Below are positions 1 through 13,615 of a stretch of 64,000 bases of DNA, piece after piece (positions within the stretch are counted from its first letter, which is position 1; each line of letters opens with the position of its first letter). A program made the position numbers and the translations under genes. The DNA lies in assembly GCA_951406725.2 (NCBI GenBank), contig OX597819.1, forward strand, positions 76,818,001 to 76,882,000. Reading direction: 5' to 3'. A model generated the notes under the pieces. The model was not told where the DNA came from, did no database searches, and worked only from the letters and a program-made list of their open reading frames with translations. This DNA comes from Octopus vulgaris (Eukaryota).

Positions 1-799
1 AGTGGGAATACTTTAATGTAATATTAAAGTGTTTAATATCCATCGAGCACACATACCAATGAGTGTTAATAGAAGTGTTGTTGTTGTTGCTGCTGCTGCT
101 GTCGCCGCTGCTGTTGTTGCTTAACTCCTTGCTCAACCTTCATGCAGCAGTGTTGCTTTGTATATCTGAGTATTCTAGATGTGGCCATCTTTTGTGAGTT
201 TATCTAGAACGTATTCCATTGTATTCTTTGTTCTTAATACAGGACAGTGCATTCTGATGGATACTACTTAAGTGTTTCTTCAAGATCAAGTACTAGGTGT
301 CTTGAAAGAGACTTGGCTGTTATTTCCAGCATATCGAATGACCACATAGAGATCACCTTATCGGCTCTTTAACAGGACTATATTTTCAGGTTGTGCTGCA
401 AAAGAAGCCATTATACTGACATTATTTCTCTTTCTTTGCAACATTATGTATGATTTATTAGCACATAAACATTTGGTATATAATTTACGACAACGTATTC
501 AAGAGGGTTTTAATCAAGGAATATATGATGCGTTAAAAATTACTTATCTAAATTCATGTTTTTTAGATTCAATCGCAGTTTCAGATTTCTTAGATGAACT
601 GTTTATATAATCTATAATCTTAAGTTTCCAACCTTTTTGGCTGATGTTTCTTTGCATTTAGAATACCATGTGATTCATATGACTATTAGCGTTTCAATTA
701 TAAAGTATTTGAAATACTGCCTTACTAAACCCTTCTGTTTAGTCTACTCTTTGTTTCTTTCGCTGCGCGATTATCATTTACGTTGCAAAGAATATTTTG

Positions 800-1750
800 A
801 TTTCAAATTTTGGCACAAAACCAACACTTAGCGGAATTTGAACTCAGAATGTGAAGACAGACGTGCTAACGATTCAGCCATATGACCGCCTTAAGTTGTT
901 CAGAATATATTGATTTCAAGGCGGCGAGCTGGCAGAAACGTTAGCACACCAGGCGAAATGCTTAGCAGTGTTTCATCTGTCTTTACGTTCTGAGTTCAAA
1001 TTCCGCCAAGATCGGCGTTACCTTTCATCCCTTCGGGGGTCGATAAATTAAGTACCAGTTGCTTTGTGCCTAGAGTAGAAAAGAATATATTGATTTCAAT
1101 AAATAAATAAATGTTTCCAATTCAATAATAAGTCCAGCAGTTTTTGATGGTTAAGGGATGGTCAGTTCCCTCAACTACAGTATGTGATAAGTAATTCTTC
1201 TTTATCGATCCAGAAAAGATAAACGGCAAAGTTGACTTCGACACGAATTGAACCCAGAGCGTAAAATGTCGAAAGATTCTGTCAATTTACCCTTCAATAA
1301 ATAATAGTTTCAAATTTTGCACAATGCCAACAATTTTAGGGAAGGTTTAAAGCCTGATATATCGACCCCTGTACTCAACATATTTTATAAGCTCCGAAGG
1401 AATGAAATCCATAGTCGACCGTGCCAGAATTTGAACTCAGGACCTAGTGAACCAAAAGAAATGCTGCTGCTAATTCCGTCCAGCTCGCTAATGATTCTGC
1501 AAACTTGCCGCCTTCCTTCAATAAATAAATAATCCTTTCTACTATAGGCACAAAGCCTGGAATTTTGGAGGTGGAGTGCTAGTTGATTACATGGACCCCA
1601 GTACACAGCTGGTACTTATTTCATCGACTCCGAGAGGATGAAAGGGAAAGTCGGCCTTGATGACATTTCAACTTGGAACACAAGAGACGGACGAAATGCT
1701 GCCAAACACATTGCTCGGCGCGCTAACGATTCAGCTAGATCGCCCTTTCC
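800..1750. mobile_element. Cluster of tRNA-derived SINEs with Nin/Deu-like core (one + copy 920-1081, several degenerate - copies)
   Basis: Head GGCGGCGAGCTGGCAGAAACGTTAGC, box-B-like GAGTTCAAATTCC, core CCTTTCATCC(C)TTCGGGG(G)TCGATAAATTAAGTACCAG; + copy flanked by 18-bp direct repeat agaatatattgatttcaa (902-919, 1082-1099). Confidence 0.85.
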
Positions 1751-1930
1751 CGTCAATAAATGAATAATAAAATAACATTTGTATTATTTTTTTTAGTTTT
1801 CCAAATACTTGCGTGATTGATTATCTCCCTTAGAAAGAAAGCCATCATGTTCCGTTTTACTAAAAGATTGTGTATAAAAGACAATCAGCCGAATCTGCTA
1901 AACAACGAATATACAACATTATATGATAGA

Positions 1931-2443
1931 CTAGCAGTATCGCCCGGCGTTGCTCGGGTTTGTAAGGGAAATAACTATATAAGCATTTTTAGAGAGTTAC
2001 TCCCCTTATAGATGCCAATTCGGGCTTTCTTAGCCATTTCTGTTTTGGTGTCTTCAAGCCATGAAGTCGTTGTTCTAAAAGAACGCTGGTCTCCTTGACA
2101 ACGCTTTACGACGTTGATTTCCTTACACTCCCTTCCCCACAGCTTCACGAGGGAGGAAAGAAAGGGGAGAAGCAAACAGGTGCAGGTGTGACCATGGACG
2201 CTAACTCCGCCGCCATTGACACACGAAAAATTATGCATTAAAATGGAATAAAAAATGATGTTAAATTATTTTTAAAATCGTAGACTCATTGTAGACGCGC
2301 GCTAATACTCAGAGGGGCTCGATATGAATCACGACTATAAGATACCCGAATTTGGTTAAACTGCACCGCAAAATGTGGGAGTAGTTAGGAATCTAAATCG
2401 AAGGGGACAGACACTCACACAACTACAGTTTTATATATATAGA
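1931..2443 (-). mobile_element. Non-autonomous Helitron
   Basis: Minus strand starts TC and ends with hairpin cccgagcaacgccggg ~8 nt before terminal CTAG; inserted between A and T with no TSD. Confidence 0.8.
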
Positions 2444-4574
2444 TATTACATTTTTATCTCGGGTAAGATAGTTTATAGTTATTTCATAGAAATCAAGTTC
2501 AATTGTTAAAGAAATCGCTACGGAACCATCGTTATTGAAATTTCGTACACGAGTAGTGAACTGGAAGAATCGATAAAATGATGGATAAACAATGTTTTGG
2601 AGTTTTTAGTTACATAATATTGTGTTCTAAACTCAGATCCAACATTGGCCATCGTCCTTTACGGAATCGATAACATAAAGAATGAATGAAGCGTTGGGTA
2701 TGATATAATCAACTACATTGTCCACATGCGCGCGCACAAACAAACACACACAAGCTCACACACGTGCACACACACACGAACTCCTTCTACACATACACAG
2801 ACAACTATACACGCAAATGTGTTCCTTGTGCCAACGTTAGACATGTTTATTGTGTTCTTATGTTAGAATAAAGTCATGTGTACAAGGACCGTAAACTTGG
2901 TTAAGCAATACTTATTTCATCAACCCCGAGTAAAATGCAAATTTTGGTTTGAGTTATGTTTGTAAAAGAATGTACTCGTAACTAAATATTGCAAAGCTCA
3001 TAATCTATTGCTTTGCAATTTTTATTTCCTCCGTTGATATCAATCTTAAGTAATGATATTTTTAAAGAAACAAAAATTCTCTTGATAGTCCTTTTCATGC
3101 AACTTCGATGTTGTATTTTAAGTTTCAGTAGTGTTTCTCAGTAGATTTAAGAAAAATCATTTAACCACACATGTTTGTCTGTGTTTATTTTTCATTCGTT
3201 TTGATTATAGCAAACTTAAATTTCTTTCTATACGTTTATATTTATTCAGTTTTAATTCGATGTTCTCGATCATTGGTTATCGAAGACAAACTTTTAAAGA
3301 ATTTATACTTTCTCGTGTTTGATTTTTTCTTTTAAGTATCTTCCTAATCAATAGGGACCGTTTTTATTACAAAAATAAAAATTTTAAATGTTATTGCTTG
3401 CCTGGTTAGATACTATTAAAGAAATTCTTTGGTGGGTTGTAATTTTAAGAGCAAATAAATTACAGAACCTCGAATTAACATCCACTGAATGACTCTGGTT
3501 TAAATATTTATTTTACTGCATTTTATTTTAAATTTTTAATTTGTTTACTTTGTCTCACTGGACAACTATATAAAATGAGTGATATGTTCTTTGACTTCGT
3601 TTGCATTGCATGCCAGTTAAATTTTCATTGGAGGTATTTGGTTTAGATCAGTCAGTGTAATGCATTTATGTATGATCATATCATACTGAAGTGTATATCA
3701 GCATATTGCTATGTATTCACCGTTGTAAGCAGCGGTAGCATTGTTAAATCAAACGAGCGATACTTTGAACTTTTTTTTTTTAGAATAGAGCAATAGAGAG
3801 CACGACCCATGGCTTTCCTCGTCTCTGACTGGGGGAATTAATGTGGATGATGCTAAGCCTAAATAATATCGATAGCTCAATATCCACAAAAAAGAAAGAA
3901 TTGGAAGTCTGGTTAGAATTCTTGCATTAGTGATGATTGAACTGTAGAGAATGAACGAAGTAACCGATTAATATATATGCCAATTTATATATATAAATGT
4001 AGGTCCCTTTAACGGAGTTCACTCTCTTACGATTATTTGGACTAAGTCTCCAGATTGAATATAACTGCTCCCGGTTCACCAGTTTCAGAGGGCCTATAAA
4101 AGTTCAGGGATATAGTCTTCCGCCTTAAATGAAGAATTAAATAATAAATTTTAAAAAGAAGCGAAGATTCACAACAATAAATGCATTTCCTGGTATTTGA
4201 TCATAGTATTTAAGAGACCCATTTTATATTATCCCCCAAAGCGCTGATGCTTGTTGGTACAGTTGTCGTTCTTAGTAGCCACATTTCAAACACCGCTATT
4301 TCGATGTCATTTTATTTACTTAATATTCAAACGTTTACTCCGCCTTGAGTGTTTGAAGGAAAGGATAAAAAAAAAACAGATTTATCATAATAGAAGCTGC
4401 ATCTATTTGCAGTGGATGCGTGAATGCAGTTTGGGTCCAGGTATGGATTTTGCTATGAAGTCACAATGGAGGCAGTGATGATATTGACTTTGCTTGAAAT
4501 TGGACAAATGTATCTGCTAATTGCAGGTTACAATTTTTTCATTGTTTTGTTTCTTCAGATAATAATAATAATAA

Positions 4575-4751
4575 CAATAATAATCCTTTCTATCGTAGGC
4601 ACAAAGCCTGAAATTTGGGGGAAGGGAAAAGGTCGATTACTTTGACCTCAGTGCGTAACAGGTACTTATTTAACCGATCCCGAAAGATAAAAGGTAAAGT
4701 CGACCTCGGTGGAATTTGAACTCAGAACGTAGCAACAGACGAAATACCGCT
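4575..4751 (-). mobile_element. Nin-core SINE, 5'-truncated
   Basis: Reverse complement of the SINE body (aaagtcgacctcggtggaatttgaactcagaacgtag) with (AAT)n tail. Confidence 0.8.
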
Positions 4752-4752
4752 C

Positions 4753-4802
<50 letters not shown>

Positions 4803-4805
<3 letters not shown>

Positions 4806-5260
4806 CCTCTGGGACTTCCCAATGCAAACAGATCAGATGCAAGCGCATAACAGACCGGACCTACTGGTGGTCGACAAGATGCCTCACATGCTATATAGTT
4901 GATGTTGCGTGACCCTTTGACTCACAAACAGTCAAGAAGGAAGGCGAAAAAATAGATACAATTCTCTTAAGTACGAAATAACCCGGATATGGGTGAAGAT
5001 AGTGCCAATTATTGTTGGGTCTTTGGGGACAGTATCAGAAGGCATCAAGAGGAATATAGAGGAAATCGGAATTGAGTTCCCAGTAGAACTGTTATAAAAG
5101 GTTTGTCTCCTTGGCCAGAATAATCAGGAAAGTATTAGATAGTTGAAAAGAACAGATAGCATGGTATCGTAGGCTGCAGGCAGTAAGCCCGCTATGCATG
5201 CAAGACTCCAGGAGTTACAACAAAACTTGAGATAAAAAAAAATAATAATGATAATAATAA
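4803..5260 (+). mobile_element. R4/Dong-like non-LTR retrotransposon 3' end (restriction-like endonuclease), decayed
   Basis: Translates LWDFPMQTDQMQAHNRPDLLVVDK...IVDVA*PFD...VKIVPIIVGSLGTV...KVCLLG...IIRKVL with frameshifts; short 3' UTR and (AAT)n tail. Confidence 0.8.
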
Positions 5261-5500
5261 TCCTTTCTATTATAAGCACAAGGCCTGAAATTTTGGAGGA
5301 GGGGACTAGTCCATTACATTGACCCCAGTGCTTGATTAGTATTTACTTAATCGATTCTGAAAGGATGAAAGGCAAAGCTGAGGTCGACTTTGCTCTTCAT
5401 TCTATCGGGGTTCGATAAAATAAGTACTAATCAAGTACTGGGGTCGATGTAAATGACTGTCCTCTACCCCAGAATTTCAGGCTTTGTGCCAAAAATAAAA
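5260..5500. mobile_element. Two truncated Nin-core SINEs in opposite orientation
   Basis: - copy 5260-5380 abuts + copy 5380-5500 at the GTCGAC core. Confidence 0.7.
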
Positions 5501-7333
5501 AGGATCATTATTATTATCATTATCCCACCTCCTTCTATTTCTCCCTCCCTCTCTCTTTCTCTTTCCTTCACACACATACACACACACACACACATACTGA
5601 ATTGCACCATGAAAAGCAGTCGTGGATGACCACTCACAGCATTCCTGCCCACAGAAATAGGGAAGGGTTAAACAAGAGACAAGCAATCTCTTTTCATTGG
5701 AAGACTGATTTGTGCCTGGAAGTGTCAGAAGACAAACTGATGTGTAGATTAACCTTAAACAGAAATAAAGATATACATTGAGTTTGCAAACGTAGTAAAG
5801 ATGGTATTCCAAACTTATTTGATAGTCTTCTTTGTAATTTATACAAGCCAGCTCAGTTTCACAGCACTCGTCCCTCTCAAGACTTACCACCATTACAGAA
5901 TTTGAAATCAGCAACGTAGAGAAAATAACATTCGTCAACTGCATAACGCCGCCAAATTTTATATCTGTTTGCAGTTAAAGAAGTTTATCCAGTTAAAATT
6001 CTTGGCTTGGATACCGTACAGCTCTGGTTACGGTGAATAGTCCAGCATTTAGTTAGTGGGCCGACATTCGGTTGTCTTGAACAACTGCAATATACTGTGT
6101 ATCTTACACATTTTTTTTTGTTTTTGTTGTTTTTAAACTTACATTTAAAATAACTCTAAACTATTATACCAATCTGCACGGCTATTTGAATAAGGATAAC
6201 GCATTTACTTGGAATATACGATTCCTGGCGACCTGACAAAGAAATTATAGACGAAGATTGCTGGAGAAATTATAAATGAAAATTGTTTGAATGTTTCGAA
6301 TGCCAAAGTAATACTTCATTACATTTAGACAATGAATTAAAATGTCGGTTATCTTAACTGTTGGCAGTCATAAATGTTTTTCAAAATCTAATGCTTCCGG
6401 GCGTCGAAGAGAACTATTGTTAGAGAATGTTCGAAATTATCAATATAAGGAAAGAAGATTTATGTTGTTGGCGTCACCCAAAATGTAGTACGGATATTCT
6501 TTAAGTTACAATATGTTTGCAATTTCTTCTAACGATTTTCAAAAGAATTATTTATTAGTCTGGGATTGATGAGTTGTGTAGAGAGAAAATATAACATCCC
6601 GTCCAGTAAGTGGAGTGAATATATATATATATATATATATATATGCCACAGAATCCGGGGCACTGACCTTACGAGCCTATGGCTCGGGAACGACCTTTGA
6701 TCCTCTAATTGCATGAATAGTCTTTATTGAGTGATCTCAGCTTTCAGTACGTTATATCACATGTGTGAGACTCTAAGGTGTTTGTATGTAGAACGCACCT
6801 CAAATATATTTACCTATAGCCAGATTGTTGATATTCGTAATGAGTGCCACAATATTTTCTTTGATTCTCTCAACATTTATGGATCTTAACCTTGCCAACT
6901 AAATAAGATATTTAAAGACGTGATAAGTCACAAAGAATCTAGCTATTTCTTCTACTGTAAGAAACAACTCCCAGACAATATGTACTCAAAAACATATCAC
7001 GTAGGCAGAGAAAGAAAATAACGAAATTCACTACTTGGTGGAATAATTAATTATTAATTACTTAATTAATTAATTAATTTTACCCTTTATTATTATTATT
7101 GACAATACAATTCTCTCCCTGATAATAAACTACTGTTGTTTCTTACAGTAGAAGAAATAGCTAGATTCTTTGGCTGCTATTTCTAAAGTTCGGTGTGTGG
7201 TGAAGCAAATTCTTTTGCCTAACCCTTATTATAATAAATATTGTTTAAGTTTACCGATAATGGTCTTTTACATACCGAATCACTACTTGGTGGAATTATT
7301 AATTATTAATTAATTAATTAATTGATTTTACCC

Positions 7334-7374
<41 letters not shown>

Positions 7375-7384
7375 GATTATTATG

Positions 7385-7426
<42 letters not shown>

Positions 7427-7499
7427 TATGAGACTCTACCATGTTTATAAATAAAGGTTTGACAGAGAAACGAACAGCTTACATTTCTATGTTGTGGAA

Positions 7500-8700
7500 A
7501 CAGAACAAGTATGTTTGTGGTCGTGTACATTTCTCTGTGCGTGAATGCCAATTTTGTTACTTTGTTAGAAGAAATGGGAAGATTATCATGGTCTAGTCTA
7601 TGTTCGGAAGTTACCAGCTTTATTAACGTTGCCTCGGCATCCCGGGCGGTTTGAAATTATGTCCAATTTTTCCGGAAATCTGGTAGTATACTTACTTTTA
7701 TCTTGGTTTGTCAAAAAAGTCACTAAGTATTGTTACTAATTAATCTTTCTAGCGCATTATGAAGCAATAATCCAGCCAGAATTTTAAACTAAAACCCTCT
7801 ACTTCAGTCATACGCATAAATCATCATATCCAGAATTGTTTCTTCAATTGAAAAAAACGACAGGTCGTGAGCTGAGAGAAACGATGTAGTTCTCTAAAAT
7901 TTGAGCCGTTCGCAAATTAATAGCTAAGGATATTTCGCCTTATATAAGACATGTTTTTGCCTTACAAAAAGAGACAGACAGACAACAGACCATGAATGAT
8001 TCATCTCATTTCCCGGCCAAATTACTAAAATTGCAAGAGGAGCTTGTACAGCTCATAACTGACAACTTATAACTTAACAATATTGGACATACATGTGTTG
8101 TCAATAGAAGAATAGCTACCTTCTACATCTATTTCAGTTCTCCATCTTTCTATGCCCCTCAGCCAGGCTCTTGACCTTCCGAGTGATAAAGACAAATTCT
8201 AAGTCTCACTAGTAGTTGCTAGGAACTGCCTTTATATAAGAAGAAAACGCAATTAGAATGATGTAATTTCAGTAAAGCGCCCCAGAGATTCTGGCTGGTG
8301 AAGATGGGAAACTTGCTCTTTCTTGATGTCCAACCCCATGCTACGGCTCTTCATACTTTGTGAAATATTCCCATAGGTCGCGATTTCAGATCTCATGGTT
8401 CCGGTTTCAACTCCCATGGTACGGGTTTCAACTCTCATCATCCTAGTTTCAATTCCCATTAGTCTCGGTTTAACCTCTGAAAATTGTATCAAACCTATCC
8501 AGTAGAACACGGATGAGAACATCATGATAAAAGGTTGCGAGTAAGATCATCAAAAATGACATCAATTGCAGAGCTGAATGATTTATTGACTGAAAAGTGG
8601 ATAAACATAGATCAGACAGTCATCGATGATTTAAGTCAACGTTTAAGTAGATGAAAGCTGCAATTTTAGTTTAAGAAATGCCTGAAAAATACTGAGATAA
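7500..8700 (+). mobile_element. Highly decayed Tc1-like transposase remnant
   Basis: ~8500-8670 reads ...LRVRSSKMTSIAELNDLLTEKWINIDQTVIDDL...RMKAAI, resembling the Tc1 C-terminus; boundaries uncertain. Confidence 0.45.
8390..8478 (+). repeat. Degenerate 21-bp tandem repeat, ~4 copies
   Basis: ctcatggttccggtttcaact / cccatggtacgggtttcaact / ctcatcatcctagtttcaatt / cccattagtctcggtttaac. Confidence 0.8.
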
Positions 8701-9672
8701 ACATTAATTCATTTACATTTTGGATACATTTTATATTGTAGAACGCTATACATATTCCTTTCCGTAATTCCTAAATCAACCTCCCACAGTTAATCTCCCT
8801 AAATGTTCTTTCATTTTACAGTGCAAAACTCAAACGCTCAAAATTTTACTGCTGGAGGAAGTGTCAATTACGGAAACCTGAGCATGCACTAATTTAACCT
8901 TCATATAAGTCCCCGTACATAAGTTCGTATCAGATAACCGTATACCTAACAGTCATTTGGATTATAGTGAACAAAAAGAATACCTAAGGTATTTTATATC
9001 AACCTGCATTAAAGAAAATGCTAACTCGCTATTTTATATGTTAAACACCAAGTTTATAAACCACATTTCTTCAATTGCACGCTAACCTGTCTACCTTCTC
9101 AAATATGCCAAGATAATTTCATTTATTCTCGCAAACATTTGCTTTTTTACGGTTTCATATAACTTTTCTGTTCATTTAACATCAATGTAATCTTTCATTT
9201 CAAGCAACGTTCATTTTTAACCGTTATTTTTAGTATTTCTTATCTATAATCGCAGACAGTCATATTTTAGCATCAGATGACATAAGTCGCCTCACCCTGC
9301 TTATAAATAATAGAATCTTCTACTTATTTTACGTACAAATTACTGACTTTCAACCTACAGAATAGCGTATAATTGTCTTCATATAAATAAATCTTCCAAA
9401 ATCCCATTTTCATGGCTTTTCTATACCTTCCCTCATTTTTGTTCTTTCATTGCAGCTCACATTATATAAGTTAAGAACAATTATCTGTAGCAACAATTTC
9501 AAACTTTTAATTAATGCATCTATGAGCTCCGTCTGAGGACGAAACAAATTATCGATCTGCTATTATGCTAACGATTTTCTCTTTTAGCTTTACTTTTTAG
9601 TCACCCTTGACATAACAAATAAAAAAGCAAATAATATATATACATGCACACATACATATGTACTAACATATA

Positions 9673-9715
<43 letters not shown>

Positions 9716-9806
9716 TATAAATATACGCGTGTGTGCATAAATATGTATGTGTGTGTGTGTGCGCGTGCGTGTATGTATTTATGCATGTATGTATGCATGT
9801 GTGTGT

Positions 9807-9849
<43 letters not shown>

Positions 9850-11025
9850 CTATGTTGATGGCTTAACCTTAATATCTGAAACGAAAGAACAATGCAGGTG
9901 AAAAAATTTTGGAATGTTGGCTTGCGTCCTTCTCACAGGTTCAACGCAGAAGGGAGCGGAAGGTTATGCAAGACTGAGAAAGTTGAAGAAAACAAAATTT
10001 AATATTTTATATATTTTCTTTATCGTGCCAGGAGGATTAGAAATCGAACATGACCTTGGTGAGACTTGAACTGCGTACGCAAGTATTCAGATCAATTACT
10101 GCAGCATATTTCTTGCGACGTTCTGATGAACTTTTCAGTCGATCATTTAAGTGTGTTAGTGTGTGTGTGTGTGTGTATGTTTGCGTGTGTGAGTGTGTTT
10201 GTGTGTGTGTGTTTGCGTGTGTGAGTGTATGTGTGTATGTGTGTGTGTGTGTGTGTGCGTGTGTGTGTATTTATTTGTGTATGTGTATCTTTGTACGTTT
10301 ATGCACGTAGGCCTTTATATGAGATTATGTATATTTTCTTGCATATTGTTTCACTAACATCATCTCGTATAGATTTTTATCATCTAGAGATTTGCATGTT
10401 GTGTCTACAACATAATTTAGATGTTTATTATATGAATATTTTAGTTCTCTAATTACTTTACTTCTAATCCCATAGATAGTACCAATTTTTGTATAGTCAT
10501 AATTCCAGCTTAAAGTAATTATTTAGATGTTTTTCCTAACTAATCTACTGTAATTTTTTCTCTTGAGTTTCACATATCTATTCATAGATAAAAAATTTCC
10601 ATAGCTGCAACATTTTTTTTTTTTTTTAATACGGGAATTTTACCTCGGAGTATGATTTGTACGTCGTCTGAAATTTAGTTCAATATCTAATTCCTTAATG
10701 GAAACATAAATGTTTATTTAGAAATAATTTTTCTACCCTGAAAATTACACTTTTCTTTTTTACGAGTAACAAACAATTCCCTGGTCACTGATTTTATCTT
10801 GAAACAGCTATTTATAAGATTACACAATATATAACGTTTAAGTGTTTCCTTACGTTTCATTATTTTGCAAGCTTTGCTCCAATTTAATCAAAGTTTTCGA
10901 TAGCAAATGTATATATATATATATATATAAAGGAGTGCCTTATGACAGCTGACTTTGTCATTGCTTATTATTCACCAAAAATACACACACACACAAACAC
11001 GCACGCACAAACACACTTGTCATCC

Positions 11026-11078
<53 letters not shown>

Positions 11079-11149
11079 TTCCTTTTTTGAAACTCTCTTG
11101 CTTTAAAAAACCATGATTCGACTACCTCTCAACTTCTGTTCTTTCAACA

Positions 11150-11416
11150 TGTGATCTCTTGAGCACCACCAGCTCAAATATTTTTTCCTCTGTCTTCCCT
11201 TCTTGGGATCTTTCCTTCTTGTTTCCGACGAAGAGCTCCGCTCGAAACGTTAAACCCTCCTTCCCTTCTTTCCTGAGCGTCAATAATACTTTAATTGTTC
11301 CACGTCCTGCGTTGCTGTGTTTTTTTTCTCCTTTTTTTTCCTCCTTTTTTCTCCTTTGTTTTTTCTCCTTTTTTCCTCCTTTTTTTCTCCTTTTTTCTGT
11401 GTTTTCTTGTTTGGAT

Positions 11417-11420
<4 letters not shown>
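11150..11420 (+). mobile_element. ~200-bp Penelope-type terminal (pLTR-like) unit, family A copy 1
   Basis: Near-identical to 38858-39064, 39418-39627 and 45865-46053; ends tgtttggattaac then (TA)n; contains hammerhead motif. Confidence 0.7.
11221..11255 (+). ncRNA. Minimal type I hammerhead ribozyme motif (U4C core variant)
   Basis: gttt-CCGACGA-a-gagc-tcc-gctc-GAAA-cgtt-aaac: stem I GTTT/AAAC, stem II GAGC/GCTC, palindromic AACGTT stem III. Confidence 0.7.
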
Positions 11421-11447
<27 letters not shown>

Positions 11448-11451
<4 letters not shown>

Positions 11452-12848
11452 CTGACGTACCCGGTAATTCCTGAAAGCGCAGCTTATCCCTTGGTTCCGT
11501 TCTCGTAATTGTTTCGCTAATCCAATAACAACAATATAAAGTATGTAGCTTTGAAAACGGTTTTTTTGCATTTACAGAGAATACAGTAACGTCTTGCATA
11601 GCATGTTGTTTTTAGGAAATCACAATAAGTTATGAACACACAAATTGTGAAGTCAGTTACGTAATAACATAAAATTAGTTACCCGATAGTAAGAATTCAA
11701 ATAAAGTAGCCCCGAAAAGGGCTTTAATGCGTTCCCAGAGTATATAGAACTTAGGAGGAAATACCAATAGGATATGTATACCAAAATCGTGAAGCATGTT
11801 ATCTAATAACAGGCTAATCAGATATGAGATAATAACAATTCAAAATAGGTAACACTGAAAAGGGCTTTTGTGCGTTCCAAAGGAATATTACCCTCAGTGG
11901 TGCTAGTGTTAAAATAGATTTACAATGAATGTAGAAACAGATTGACATTTTGTTTTACAGTACACAAACAAATAAATTTGCATATAGATTTTAAAGTGAC
12001 ATAGATAATCAGTACATTTACAACACTTACGAAAACATCACCACAGCTATCAATATGAATTAAGAAAATGTTCTTACATGTAAACAGCGTGTTAACTGTA
12101 TGAATACAGTGCAGATTGCAATGTTATTGATAGATAAACGGCGATTTCTGTCTGCTTGTGTGGTTGGTTGTTACATAGAGTACATCATTACAAATATTAA
12201 CACATCTATCTATATAAATTAAGAAGGTGTTCCTACATGTAAACAGGGTATGACATTTGTGATAACAGTGCATTTGTCTAAAAGCAGAACAGTTCTTCAT
12301 GCAGCACTTGTCAATAGGCTGAAGTTACATGAAAGGCGTCATTCGTGGTATATTCGTGAATAAGTCACTAACTGAAATAAGTAGATCTATTGTTTAGGAA
12401 AATACTATTTACTTGTTTAAGGGTTGTACTGGGTAAATTGCGAAAATAACTCTTACAGTTCAAATACTAAGAAATAAACATACCTTGATTTATACCAAAT
12501 AAAATCACTGACCTTGTCTGACAATTTCTTGTAGGAAAGTCCAGATAATGTAGAATGCTAGTTTAATAAATCAAGAAGTATATTTTTTATACATTTTTTC
12601 ATTTGATATATATATATAAGAAAATGAATGGGTTATTTCCTTTGTCTGGTAATGATTATATACGTGGGTCCCTTCTAGGGGCCCTGGCCATCCAGTTATA
12701 GATTTTTATTAAACTTCAATGAGCCTAGTAACAAACTGGATGCTACTTTAGCATGTCTGCAAAGTGTCACGAAAATTCGTTAACAGGGGTAGACGGCAAC
12801 TTAACACAAACAGACAAACAGACAACTTGTTTTTATATATGTATAAGA
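11448..12848 (-). mobile_element. Non-autonomous Helitron-like element, degenerate
   Basis: Minus strand begins TC(ttatacatatataaaa...gtctgtttgtctg) and ends near a degenerate ccggg hairpin plus CTAT; internal duplications at ~11695/11838 and ~12060/12218. Confidence 0.5.
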
Positions 12849-12956
12849 TATCGCGACTGTCCGCTTATCTCTAGATAATAAGTCCCCTCCTTTTCCTTAA
12901 TCGTATGATCACTGTGGAGCATTCGTGATTTTTTAGATTACATCCCCTTCTTATAT

Positions 12957-13350
12957 GGAGCTGTGGGCATGGCTGTGTGGTAAGAAGCTTGCTTCCCAGC
13001 CGCATGGTTCCAGGTACAGTCCCACTGCGTGGCACCTTCGGCAAGTGTCTTCTACTATAGCCTCGGGCCGACCAAAGCTTGTGAATAGATTTGGTAGACG
13101 GAAGCTAAAGGAAGCCCATCGTACATATATGTTTGTGAGTCTGTGTTTGTCCTCCTACCATCGTTTGACAACCGATGTTGGTGAGTTTACGTCCCCCCGT
13201 AACTTAGGGGTTTGGCAAAAGAGATCGGTAGAATAAGTACTAGGCCTACAAAGAATAAGTCCAAAGATCGATTTGTTCGACTAAAGGCGGTGCTCCAGCA
13301 TGGCCCCGGCATGGCCGCAGTCAAATGACTGAAGCAAATAAAAGAATAAA
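12957..13350 (+). mobile_element. tRNA-derived SINE with CORE-like segment (octopus OR-type)
   Basis: Box A tggctgtgtggtaag, box-B-like ggtacagtccc, GGCACCTT(C)GGCAAGTG core, tail gctccagcatggcc...aaatgactgaa...aaagaat; family name is from recall. Confidence 0.85.
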
Positions 13351-13535
13351 AGAATATATATATATATATATTTATAGAGAGAGAGGGAGAGGGAGAGAGA
13401 GAGAGAAATAAGATGATACTTGGTATGTTACATGGTATATCATATATATATTATATATATTATATATAAATGGCGGTGCCCCAACATGGCCACAGCTCGT
13501 GAGCTGAAACTAGAATCAATCAATCATATATACAT

Positions 13536-13614
<79 letters not shown>

Positions 13615-13615
<1 letters not shown>

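Noticed and set aside
4666-4848. Poly-His ORF; also poly-Ser (63007), poly-Asn (31942) and poly-Val/Gly (61961)
   Set aside because: Trinucleotide microsatellites.
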